Source: Octopus bimaculoides
Lineage: Eukaryota
Reading direction: 5' to 3'
Assembly: GCF_001194135.2 (NCBI RefSeq)
Contig: NC_068981.1
Span: forward strand, 95,424,803-95,464,673
Length of the DNA stretch: 39,871 nucleotides
Shown here: positions 1 to 10,226 of the stretch, one piece after another
Layout: every line of letters begins with the position of its first letter
Position numbering within the stretch: position 1 is the first letter of the stretch
Program-made: the position numbers and the translations under genes
The notes under the pieces: model-generated
What the model was told of the DNA's origin: nothing
The model's database searches: none
Seen by the model: only the letters and a program-made list of their open reading frames with translations

Positions 1-20
1 ATATATACACACACACACAC

Positions 21-167
21 ACGACGGACTTCTTCCAGTTTCCGTCTACCAAATCCACTCACAAGGCTTTGATTGGCCCGAATCTATAGTAGAAGACACT
101 TGCCCAAGGTGCCACGCAGTGGGACTGAACCCGGAATCATGTTGTTGGAAGGAAGCTTCTTACCACA
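21..167 (-). mobile_element. tRNA-derived SINE, family A (local label)
   Basis: Reverse complement reads ...GTGGTAAGAAGCTT...GGTTCAGTCCC (A/B-box-like), then CCTTGGGCAAGTGTCTTCTACTATAG...GGTAGACGGAAACTG and a CA/TA tail. The same sequence recurs at 6870, 11290, 24506 and 26930. Confidence 0.85.
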
Positions 168-466
168 GTGACAGAAGCGATATTAATACCCAAAAGCAAT
201 CGTTATATCCAATTTTACGTGGACGTCGTATTAGAATACAGAATACTGCGTTATTTACCTTCACATGACCTCTCATATGAACTCGTGATGTATAAAAGCA
301 CTTATATTTACATCCACGTTAAGTTGGATATAAAGATCACGTTTTGGTATTAATACCGCTTCTTGCTTTTTCTTCAATAAGCCTGCAGTTATTTACGTCA
401 TCATTGCCTGCAATGACACTGAAATCTTCTCTATATAGACAAGGAGATTCGGTTGTTATATATATA

Positions 467-607
467 TATTACTAAACGTTTCATTTACATGACTTATCGC
501 GCTACTAATAGTTTCCCGTACATGCGTACATTCATCAGGCGTCAATCGCATGTATGTGAAACTATTAGTAGCGCGATAAGTAAGTGTGGTTGAAACGTTT
601 AGTAATA
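467..607. repeat. ~140-bp fold-back (palindromic) element
   Basis: Perfect inverted blocks: 467-483/591-607 (17 bp), 492-515/558-581 (24 bp), 519-526/547-554 (8 bp). Confidence 0.9.
496..546 (-). ncRNA. Minimal type-I hammerhead ribozyme motif
   Basis: Minus strand: AUUGACGC-CUGAUGA-a-UGUAC gcau GUACG-g-GAAA-CUAUUAG-UA-GCGCGAU. The core is intact, helix II has 5 bp, the triplet is GUA, and helix I has 7 bp with one bulged A. Confidence 0.7.
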
Positions 608-702
608 TTGAACTCTCATTGGATGGAGTACTCTTCGTGTTGACTTTTATGCAGTTAATTTCTTTTATATATACATATGTCGTGAAGTATATTTGCTACT
701 TA

Positions 703-825
703 AATGTGGCGGACCCATAGGGGACGATGCTACTGTTGTTTATAGCCCCAGGAAGACATCTCCTCCAGCTGGCTAACGATACGCTGTCTGTGTCCAATTA
801 GTATTTGCGAAGGGAAATTAATAGC
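703..825. repeat. Dispersed repeat family D, truncated by gap
   Basis: Similar to 34723-34830 (shared TGTGGC...GCTACTG.TGTTTATAGCCCCAG...CATCTC.TCCA.CT.GCTAACGA...ATTAGTATTTGCGA). Confidence 0.7.
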
Positions 826-1386
826 NNNNNNNNNNNNNNNNNNNNNNNNNNNNNNNNNNNNNNNNNNNNNNNNNNNNNNNNNNNNNNNNNNNNNNNNNNN
901 NNNNNNNNNNNNNNNNNNNNNNNNNNNNNNNNNNNNNNNNNNNNNNNNNNNNNNNNNNNNNNNNNNNNNNNNNNNNNNNNNNNNNNNNNNNNNNNNNNNN
1001 NNNNNNNNNNNNNNNNNNNNNNNNNNNNNNNNNNNNNNNNNNNNNNNNNNNNNNNNNNNNNNNNNNNNNNNNNNNNNNNNNNNNNNNNNNNNNNNNNNNN
1101 NNNNNNNNNNNNNNNNNNNNNNNNNNNNNNNNNNNNNNNNNNNNNNNNNNNNNNNNNNNNNNNNNNNNNNNNNNNNNNNNNNNNNNNNNNNNNNNNNNNN
1201 NNNNNNNNNNNNNNNNNNNNNNNNNNNNNNNNNNNNNNNNNNNNNNNNNNNNNNNNNNNNNNNNNNNNNNNNNNNNNNNNNNNNNNNNNNNNNNNNNNNN
1301 NNNNNNNNNNNNNNNNNNNNNNNNNNNNNNNNNNNNNNNNNNNNNNNNNNNNNNNNNNNNNNNNNNNNNNNNNNNNNNNNNNNNNN

Positions 1387-1611
1387 GGTGGCAGCTGGCA
1401 GGATCGTTAGGTGCGCGGGGCAAACGCTTAGCGGCATTTCGTCTGTCTTTAAATTCTGAATACAGATTTCGCCGAAGTCGACTTTGTCTTTCATCCTTTC
1501 GGGGTCGATAAACTAAGTACCAATTGAGCACTGGGATCGATGTAATGGACTTACCTACCTCACCCCCACCCCGAAATTGCTGGACTTGTGCCAAAATTGG
1601 AAACCAGTATT
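1387..1611 (+). mobile_element. SINE family B (local label)
   Basis: Head GCTGGCAG.ATCGTTAG, core GTCGACTTTG.CTTTCATCCTTTCGGGGTCGATAAA..AAGTACCA, tail GTGCCAAAATT.GAAACC. About ten copies occur in the window. The core resembles, from memory, the Meta-domain of MetaSINEs (unverified). Confidence 0.85.
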
Positions 1612-1939
1612 AAGCAGATGAATAATTCAATACATTTTCGTGGAGTAACTGTGTATGTGTTTGTGTTTGCGTGTATAAATATTTTTTCAACTAATCATAT
1701 GTCGCAGAAATGTAGCAGAACAAAAGGAAAATGTAAATAGTTGAATATGCTAAATGCTTACTGTCTCATATTGCCACTCTCACCTTCCTACACGACCTAT
1801 CCATTTCTGGTGTTGTGGGGTTTCTTGGCTTATAGGCTCTAGTGCATGCTTCTTAGCGAAGGAATATCTTCCGGATATTGAATATCTGGCTGAGACATAA
1901 TCACTCTGTCCCTCAAAATGTCTTCCTCTCTTCCCTTCA

Positions 1940-2223
1940 CACGCACACATACACAGAGACACGCGCACATATTATCATATGCATTAACACTCACACACAC
2001 ACACACAGACGCGAGCGCAAACATATACATACATATATATGCGTGTATGCATGTATGTATGTATGTATGTATGTATGTATATATATGTGCGTGTGTATGT
2101 ATGTATATGTGTGTATGTATATACATGTGTGTGTGTGCATGTATATGTATATATATATGCGTGTGTGATTGTGTATGTATGTATTTCAGTTACAGGCACA
2201 TACACACAACTTATAGACGCACG

Positions 2224-2263
<40 letters not shown>

Positions 2264-2264
2264 A

Positions 2265-2299
<35 letters not shown>

Positions 2300-2300
2300 G
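1940..2300. repeat. Compound microsatellite (CA)n/(TATG)n/(TA)n
   Basis: Directly visible; it generates the HT/CV/YI-rich pseudo-ORFs. Confidence 0.95.
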
Positions 2301-3366
2301 AGCTATCAAACCTATTTAAGCGTCGGTTAAGGATGTAGAGCAGCTGCGAAATGGTCGGGTGCCAAATAGATGTGCTTACATGCTTGGTTACACATATGCA
2401 TAGCGAGCCGGCATATAGTGGGTTGACACAGATCATTTCTCTTGGGTGGAGCAAGTTTATATGAAGCAATCATACAAATTACAAAAAAAACAAAAGCAAA
2501 AACAAAAAACTAAGTATTTAAAAATAAGAAAGAACGGAGAAAATGACCCCAAAAGCTGATGAAAGATAACAAAATATCAAACGCTGAGGTAAACAAGGAG
2601 CTTTTGCTTGGTCGCTCGGCCTGCAAGAAATACAAAACGAATAGCCATTAAATCACATTTTACAGTCTTAATTAAAGAAAATTAGGTTGGTCACTGTTGT
2701 CTCTCATATACAAAAAAGGCGGGACTGTCACGGATGGAATGTTTTGAATCATAGGTCTCTTTGATAAGGGATGACTGGAATGGATATAGCAACAACAACC
2801 AAATGTTAATTTTAAAATTTGAAAGCCACTCTGTGGTCGAGTATTGATTTTCCTCTTTATATTAAGGAAACCGAAAAGTAATATATTTTGAAGCAAATAG
2901 TCTGACGTCATACCACAAACAGTTTATAAGCCAATAAAAGGTGCCCTTGCAATTAACAAATCAACATAGAGTCAATGACCAAACATTTATGTGGACATGC
3001 GCTGCGTGTGTATATGCTCTACCTTATAGCTCACGGTAGACTAGGACCTCAAGGCAACATTGACAACTAAAATGTTAAATGTAGAATCAAGTTTTATACA
3101 TTAAAAATTTGGAGACACACAGGTGCCGAGGTGTAATTCTCCGCTTTATATTTTCTTCTCTGAAATATGAAAGATAAATAACAAAAGAAAACAAGTAATA
3201 TTTCGAGTTTTGAGAAATTTCAGTTACCAATTAAGTAATGAATCGATTTGATCAGCCTTATCCTTCTTCGCAACATTCTGGCCTTGTGTCCGTGTTAAAC
3301 ATTTCAATCTATTTTGAATCATAATAACACATAAACGTTCAATTTAGAATCATATGATATAACTCA

Positions 3367-3660
3367 CTCGAGTCCTTCGCTCTTTATGGACCATGGGCCA
3401 TCGACGACTTTTCTGTTCTCGCTTCTGCGCTGTCTTTTCTTCCAAGTCTAGTTAGTTTTGAATTGCTATCGATGATTCTGTAACTTTGCTTTTTCTAGAT
3501 AGATATGTTGGCCCTAGGCAAACCTATTGTTATCTCTAGGAGAAGGTAGTCCGTATTAGTCTGGCTTCTATCCTTTGACCGGTGCAGCATGGGAGACCTA
3601 ACCAGAACCTTGCGCTCCGCTGGCATTGCTTTCAGGGTCATTGAAGCACATAAACTACCA
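3367..3660 (-). mobile_element. Degenerate RTE-clade LINE-derived fragments (3'-end-like and 5'-leader-like pieces)
   Basis: Reverse complement contains GTCGATGGCCCATGGTCC...GAGCGAAGGACT and CAATGACCCTGAAAGCAATGCC...GGTCTCCCATG...GGTCAAAGGATAGAAGCCAGACTAA, which I recall from RTE element termini. Confidence 0.4.
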
Positions 3661-3672
3661 CACCACAACATA

Positions 3673-3739
3673 TTCTATGAAAGTATAAAATGTGAAAACA
3701 CCACATTGTAGTAGTTTCCCATTTTATACTTTCATAGAA
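3673..3739. repeat. 67-bp hairpin with perfect 20-bp stem
   Basis: TTCTATGAAAGTATAAAATG (3673-3692) is the exact reverse complement of 3720-3739; GAAA/TTTC extends the stem inward. Confidence 0.9.
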
Positions 3740-3908
3740 CTTTGTTGATGACGTCACTCATCGTTATTTTGTTGAACATCTTGCAGGTTTGTGCTTTGTT
3801 GCTGATGAAGAGATAAACTCTTGAGACCCTGTCAGTATGGATAACAATAGTTTAGTTAGTGTGATAACATTAATAGTTTTTAATGAATTTGTCAGATTCG
3901 GCAACAAC

Positions 3909-4308
3909 TGCATGATACAGAATGTAGTGTACAAATGAGAAGTGAAGGCAAATACGCAGAAATAACTGTACATTGGTAGTACCGCAGACACCATGAAAAA
4001 TCGTTTCAGAAACCATCTCTCATCGTTTTCCATTATAAATAAAAGACGCTCCACATCTTTGTCGAACCTCAACTGGAGGCTAAAACAGAATGGAGTGGAT
4101 TACACAACCCACTGATCCATTATAAAAAAATGCTGCACCATATAACGGAACTTCACGAGTATGTAACACATGCCTTGAAGAAACCCTGGAAATAATCACA
4201 TCCAGGGAAAACGTGATAAATAGACACTCTGAGATGGAAATACATTGTAAGCATAGGAAGAAAATATCATTCATAGAATTTGAAAAAAAGTATTTTGAAA
4301 AGAAGTAA
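3909..4308 (+). pseudogene. Penelope-like element GIY-YIG endonuclease domain, decayed
   Basis: Translates to CMIQNVVYK*EVKANTQK*LYIGSTADTMKNRFRNHLSSF...STSLSNLNWRLK..., then after one frameshift in an A-run AAPYNGTSRVCNTCLEE...INRHSEMEIHCKHRKK. These match the VVY/YIG, R..H, CxxC..E and N.R.E....C.H motifs of PLE endonucleases. Confidence 0.85.
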
Positions 4309-4771
4309 AAAATTATAGAACAGTGAATTATAGAACCCAAACAAATAAACAAAAATATCAATGTTTAAAATGATACACACTATAACAACAGAAACAGAGA
4401 AAAAGTCACCATAAGAGGGGTGGTATTAATCAATTCGGTCAGCAAACCTCCACTATATAGCAGCTGACCACCTTTTGGGTTCAGAATTTATTGAGGAGAG
4501 TCACGTCTGGAATGAAATAGAACAAAGAAATGTACTACCATCCTTAAATCTGCTGAATGAACAACCATCCTTAAAATCTGTAGAATGAATAGCAAATAAA
4601 TTTACCACCACCACACATACACCGCCATCCCCATATTACTACCATTCCTTCTTCTACTTCCATCACCTGCCTCCCACTACCAAGTACATACTGAAATACC
4701 CACATAGCTAGATTGGCCTTCATACTGGCAAGAAGGGATAAACATTCCTCTGTGATTCATCCACTAATGCA

Positions 4772-4908
4772 GTATCGCCTGATGAATTGAATCAATGATG
4801 ATGAACAACCGTATGCCCACGGATAATACGGACTATACTGTACTAATCCCAAGGTTACGGACTCTAATGTTAAAATCATGTGATTTGTGGAAACCCGGGT
4901 AGCGATGT
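4772..4908 (+). ncRNA. Type-I hammerhead ribozyme motif in the PLE 3' region
   Basis: GUAUCGC-CUGAUGA (4779-4785)...~100-nt helix II region closed by UGAAUCA/UGAUUUG...GAAA (4890-4893)-CCCGGG-UA-GCGAUGU. Helix I has 7 bp, helix III is palindromic, the triplet is GUA, and the motif lies ~470 bp after the PLE stop codon. Confidence 0.75.
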
Positions 4909-4940
4909 ATTAAATATTTATAAATTCCATCCTAGAATAA

Positions 4941-5192
4941 ACTCTCCCGTCGAAGACTACGTATGAGTGTTCAGCTTTTGCCGAACGACCTGTACAAATG
5001 ATTTGTTTATAGTGATCAAATACATGTGCTGCACATAAGCTCACTCCCTCCATCAAATTGATGTTGTCTGAGCAGGTGAACAGTGATCGCAGAGCAACGT
5101 CAGATGAAGTGTTTTACTCGAGAAAACAATTGAATACAATAGGAACTGAAACCATGATATCGCGATCGTCAGTGCAACGCCCTGGCCACTAG
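4941..5192 (-). mobile_element. Degenerate tRNA-derived SINE, family C (local label)
   Basis: Reverse complement begins CTAGTGGCCAGGGCGTTGCACTGACGATCGCGATATCATGGTTTCAGTTCC (tRNA-like head), followed by CTCGAGTAAAACACTT...ACGTTGCTC. Confidence 0.6.
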
Positions 5193-6112
5193 ATCATTTA
5201 AATATTAGCAGGTATTTCTTATGGTCATAATGAACCAATTCTTGTAATATAACGAAAACTACTATTCAATTCTTCATAGTCAGAAGGTCAACTGACAGCT
5301 AAATGTTCACTGAGACACATTTTCTACACTGAACTATAATAACAAACTAATGATGCTTTCATTCGCAAACTGAACAAAAATACTTTTTAAAAAACTATAT
5401 ATTTTCTATTTAGATCTGATATAAATCTCGTTGGAAAAGCAACAATCATAAATAGAACTAATGAAACTCTACTGATAAAGCCGTTGTTGTCTAACATGGT
5501 TGCTTATAAGCTTGATTGCACTACAACAATACTGATTGCCACTTTACATTCTGCTACGTAGAAAATACCCCTGACAGAGTTCAAAGTAACAGCAAAATTC
5601 CTGTCCGTTGTTAAATTCTCTTAAACACTGTTTCTTGAACATAAAAGATATAAAAACCTAATGCCTGTCATTTTTGCTCGTTTCAGATGCAATCTGTTGN
5701 NNNNNNNNNNNNNNNNNNNNNNNNNNNNNNNNNNNNNNNNNNNNNNNNNNNNNNNNNNNNNNNNNNNNNNNNNNNNNNNNNNNNNNNNNNNNNNNNNNNN
5801 NNNNNNNNNNNNNNNNNNNNNNNNNNNNNNNNNNNGTGTGTGTGTCTGTGTGTGCGCGCGCATGTGTGTAAATCTATATGTATTTATATGTTTGTATGCT
5901 TAGATACACACACACATATACATACATACGCACACACAATATATTTATATTTATATACATATATATACACGCACATATATATACATATGCACACACACAC
6001 ATATACGAGGTGTATTCCAGAAGGTTTGCGTTGAGACATTTCTTTTTAGGAATGGCTGTTATAACTGTTCTAGATTATTGTAATTTTACAATATTATTAC
6101 TATATATCTAAA

Positions 6113-6325
6113 GCTAGCAAGCTGGTAGAATTATTAGGACGCCAGGGAAAATGCTTGGCGGCATCTCGTTCGTCTTTACGTCCTGAGTTCATATTCCACC
6201 GAGGTCGACTTTGCCTTTCATCATCTCGAGGTCGATAAAATAAGTACCAGTTGAAGACTGGGGTCGATGTAATCGACTAGCACCTTCCCTCACAATTGAT
6301 CTAATGTCAAATTTTGAAACCATTA
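6113..6325 (+). mobile_element. SINE family B
   Basis: Core CCGAGGTCGACTTTGCCTTTCATC...GGTCGATAAAATAAGTACCAG and tail TTTGAAACC. Confidence 0.85.
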
Positions 6326-6472
6326 TTAATATACATCTAATAAGCTCACTTGCCAATTTTTGTAATTCCATTTTGAAGGAGACAACTGTAACAGCACTTT
6401 AAACATACTCTACTGAACACTGCTTATCACAGCTAACTAGTTTGCTGAATGTTGTCGGGAGGTGAAGACAGT

Positions 6473-6800
6473 TTGGAAGCTCGTCATGCAATAGTTTTGT
6501 GTAAAACTGAGCAGAAATGCTAGAAAAATTTATGAGATATTCCAGACTTCTTATAGATTAACTTGTATGAGCTTAACATCTTTTTGCCGCTGGTACACGA
6601 TGCCAGGCAAATTAAGTCCAAATTAAGTCATCATGATCCTCCTTTTCGACAGAAAGGGCATCATTTACATCCACTAGGTCCCCTCTTACCAGACGGTCGA
6701 CAAAGAGTGCTTTTTGGTAGCTTTGAGGGAAATCAGGAAGAGATTTCGTCGCAAAAAGCCAGTACATCAGCACCAGGACAATGTACCTGGCCGTACTTTC
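6473..6800 (+). pseudogene. Internally deleted mariner transposase relic
   Basis: N-terminal LEARHAI.FCVKLSRNARKIYEIFQTSY (with frameshift) is joined to VIMILLFDRKGIIYIH*VPSYQTVDKECFLVALREIRKRFRRKKP..HQDN, matching mariner FFD..G / T.N...Y / HQDNAP motifs. A possible TIR start TA-CGAGG lies at ~6004. Confidence 0.75.
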
Positions 6801-6869
6801 AAGATGATTCTTTCTCTTTCCATAGAAATAAACAACCAATCAACTGACAGATTAGAAAATAATCATCAA

Positions 6870-7430
6870 GGGGCAGGCGTGACTGTATGGTAAGAAGTTT
6901 GCTTCCCAACCACATAGTTCCAGGTTCAGTCCCACTGCGTTGCAAATGGGCAAGTGTCTTCTATTGTGGCCTCGTGCTGACCAAAATCTTATGAGTGGAT
7001 TTGGTAGACGGAAACTGAAGGAAGCTCATCGTATATATATATATATATATATATATAATACAAAGAATATATATACATGTATACACACATATATGTACAT
7101 ACTTACATCTACATGTGTATATACATGCATATCAGGGTACAGGACGTTAGAACAATAAACTACAGACAACGGAACGAACATATAGGAAAACGGAAAGCCA
7201 CTTGGAATATCCCTTCATCAGCTGTCTCTATTCTATCTAGACGTTTCGAAGATAAGACAGAACGTACTCTAGAATAGTCTCTTNNNNNNNNNNCGACTGA
7301 GTAAGTACCAGACTTTTAAAAAAATAAGTACTGGGGTCGATTCATTCAACTAAAACTTCTTCAAGGTGGTGCCTCAGCATGGCCGCAGTCTAATGATTGA
7401 AACAAGTGGAAGATAAAAGATAAAAGATTA
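6870..7430 (+). mobile_element. SINE family A, long form, interrupted by microsatellite and a ~140-bp insert
   Basis: Head and body at 6870-7032; (TA)n; unrelated insert ~7140-7283; 10-N gap; 3' part 7294-7430 matching the 3' part of the 26930 copy and ending in GATAAAA repeats. Confidence 0.8.
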
Positions 7431-7851
7431 AAAATAGCACGTAAACTATTGAAACAAATTTAATTTGACCGATGCAATTTATAAATGTTTGCAAACATGA
7501 AGGTTTGAAAACTTCTTGACACTAACTTTTACATTGATCACGCTATAATAATAATTTTCTCCCGTTCATCATACAATCATAGCAAAGAACCATTGCAATA
7601 CATTACGTTGAATAACCCCAAACAAATTTAAGCAGAGAAATATTAGTTGATAACACGACTATCCTAAACAGATACGGTAGTGTACTAGATATATAGTATA
7701 TTCAGTTGAAAATTTCAATTAATTGAGATCATCTTTGCAATTAGTGGGTTTAAAATCTAAAAACAAGACAGCGCAGTAACTCCAGTAATATTAGTTGATC
7801 CAAATGTTTGGAAATTAGGGACAATGTAGTTAAGAGTGAATTTTACTTTTT

Positions 7852-7906
7852 ATGGCTAACTTTTATGAAGTTATGGACATGTTTCAATCCTATCAAATGT
7901 TATCAG
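7852..7906 (+). CDS. Candidate coding exon of an unidentified gene
   Basis: ATG-initiated MANFYEVMDMFQSYQMLS ending at a consensus donor CAG|GTAAGT in phase 1. No homology recognised. Confidence 0.2.
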
Positions 7907-8525
7907 GTAAGTAAATATGCTTAGTCGATGAGACTTAACAAGAAACAAACGTATCCGCCACTTTCACAAGATCCACTCTTAAATGCATTGCCTTTATCTC
8001 TTCCCTTCCACCCAAATGCATTAACTGATACTACTTTCTGTTTTGTTTGGTATTTTTTGATTTTAAACACTCCTAGAGGAGGCATTTTACCTCTTAATTG
8101 CAGAGATAATTTTTCTTGAATATTTTCAACTCACTATATTACATATATGTACGGGACTCAGCTGTGAGTGGATTTAGCATGATAAACACTCTTAAGAATA
8201 TTTTTCCAACGACACTCACATAAGAAATGAAGTGAATTAGCTTCAACAGGGATTCGACCCCAAATGTCATATCGATCCATTGCGAGCTTACCTCTAGTGT
8301 CCACTTTCTTGAGACCTGAAATTAACATAGATCCCGCATACATCTGTACAATTTATAAAATTATCCACTTATACAAAAATATTCAGCACCACCTTAGGAG
8401 ACTGCCCGTTATGGCTAGTATACAATTTGTCGTGTAGCCAAGAGTATGCCGTGTTCAAAAGCAATATTCCTAGAACTTGTAATTAGAAAACCACGGTGAT
8501 CTGTCTACTTGTCTACTTATTTCAG

Positions 8526-8644
8526 CTTATCGCTACACGACTTTCGTACGTCGCAAAACATGCAGAGAGCCTTATAAGCTGATGGCATCACACACTCACT
8601 ATTCTGCTCACACAAGCACAGTTAATCCGGTGGAGCATCAATCA
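8526..8644 (+). CDS. Candidate internal exon (119 nt) of an unidentified gene
   Basis: Acceptor TCTACTTGTCTACTTATTTCAG and donor CA|GTAAGA. Only one frame is open, (A)YRYTTFVRRKTCREPYKLMASHTHYSAHTSTVNPVEHQS, and it is phase-compatible with 7852-7906. Confidence 0.3.
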
Positions 8645-10226
8645 GTAAGAAACTTGGCTCCAACAACTTTAGAATAATAGCGACCAAATTTATGGTTTTG
8701 TGAATAATCAATTTTTAGACTCCAAGAGTTCTGTAAAGCATACTTAATCTTTGATTTGGATTCACAACTGTACTAATTCCACTTTTCTTACATTCACAAT
8801 ATAAATGGAAAACCCATGAATACTACATCGGCTCATTTCCTTTCCACCACACACATTTTGAACTCTTCGAAATCTGCAGCTATTTTAAATTAATTTTATT
8901 AAGTCGATAAATTCCTTCCCCACAGAATTTGGTTTTATTATGATAAATGTTCTGTTGCAGAAGATTTAACCATTTTTTAAAACCATTTCTGTCAATTTCA
9001 ATAACACACAATGGAAGCTTTGAAGCCTGGTGTATTTCATTCACAGACTATCGAACTATTTGGAGATTTGCCAACGGAGTTATAAAGGTCACATATTAAG
9101 TGTTTATATGTCCGTTTATATAAAATGAAAATTTATCGGTTTTGTATGGCTGAAATATTAATGTTATTGAATAATGCAGTTGGCTATGCTGGTGTCAAAT
9201 AGACGCACTACAATAAATTACAAAACACACAAAAAAACAAAAACAAAAACAAACAAACCAACAAACAATTGAGCTAGCAGACTATCCTGAGGATATTCTA
9301 TCTATAAAGAAAAGTAGGTAAGAGCAACATTAATAGTTTCAATGTTAGCACCATCAACTCTATCATTTATAAGCATGAATAACATACACCCTTAATAAAA
9401 CTTGAATAAAACACGCATACATGTGTATTTACACACATGCATAGATTCATAAATGAATCATCAGTTGCCAGACGTCCAAGTCAATAACAACTGCTTGCAT
9501 TGGTAAGTATTCGTTTTCGAGTGATGCACCTAATTGACTTATATGCGTGACCAGCGGGGACTAACTTTTCCGTGTGCACTCATGCGAGCGGTTAAACTAG
9601 TTATTTAAAACAAACGTATTACAAAAGACCATCCAACCATGTGATATCTATTTACAATAGAAGTAATTGGGCCATTAAGAGTTAAGTACATTGGCAACGA
9701 GCCGGTTATAAAGCCTATGGTTGAATTCGGCCGGTGATTTACCGATACCCTAATAACTCTCATGTACAATTTATAATTTCTAAAATAACAACAAGCTCAG
9801 AAATTTTGATATAGGAAATAATATATTGATGTCAATACTCCAAAATTTTGATTGGAGCTTAATTTTTTAAATTCTATCCATTCCGAAAGGGCAACAAAGT
9901 TAACCATAACGGAATGTGAATCGAGAGAGTAATTAGCTGGAACGAACACTGCATATGTCAATTGTTCTGGCTCTTTGCGATGATACAAATAAAATGATGA
10001 CATACAAACTATTATCGAGCATTATACCGTATGACAACACATACCGACAAAATTCCTTCCACACACCATTATTATTATAAGAATAAATCTAAAAACAAAA
10101 ACAAAATCTAAAAAAAAAGCCTTCATTAAATGTACTCTTTTTTATTACCTCGGACAGAGTAGCATGTTTTCCAGTGAAACTGTGGAAGTCCATAATGTAT
10201 GTATGTATGTATGTATGTATGTATGT

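Noticed and set aside
1780-2469. HT-, CV-, YI- and poly-L/N/I-rich ORFs here and at 18.5-19.5, 22.5, 33 and 35.4 kb
   Set aside because: They are translations of dinucleotide, trinucleotide and tetranucleotide microsatellites.
7870-7900. MDMFQSYQM resembles the reflectin MDMSGYQMD motif
   Set aside because: It is a single partial match with no repeated M/FD-X5-MD units and no reflectin N-terminal motif.
9454-9470. CUGAUGA on the minus strand here and at 28823
   Set aside because: No properly placed GAAA, helix III and helix I.
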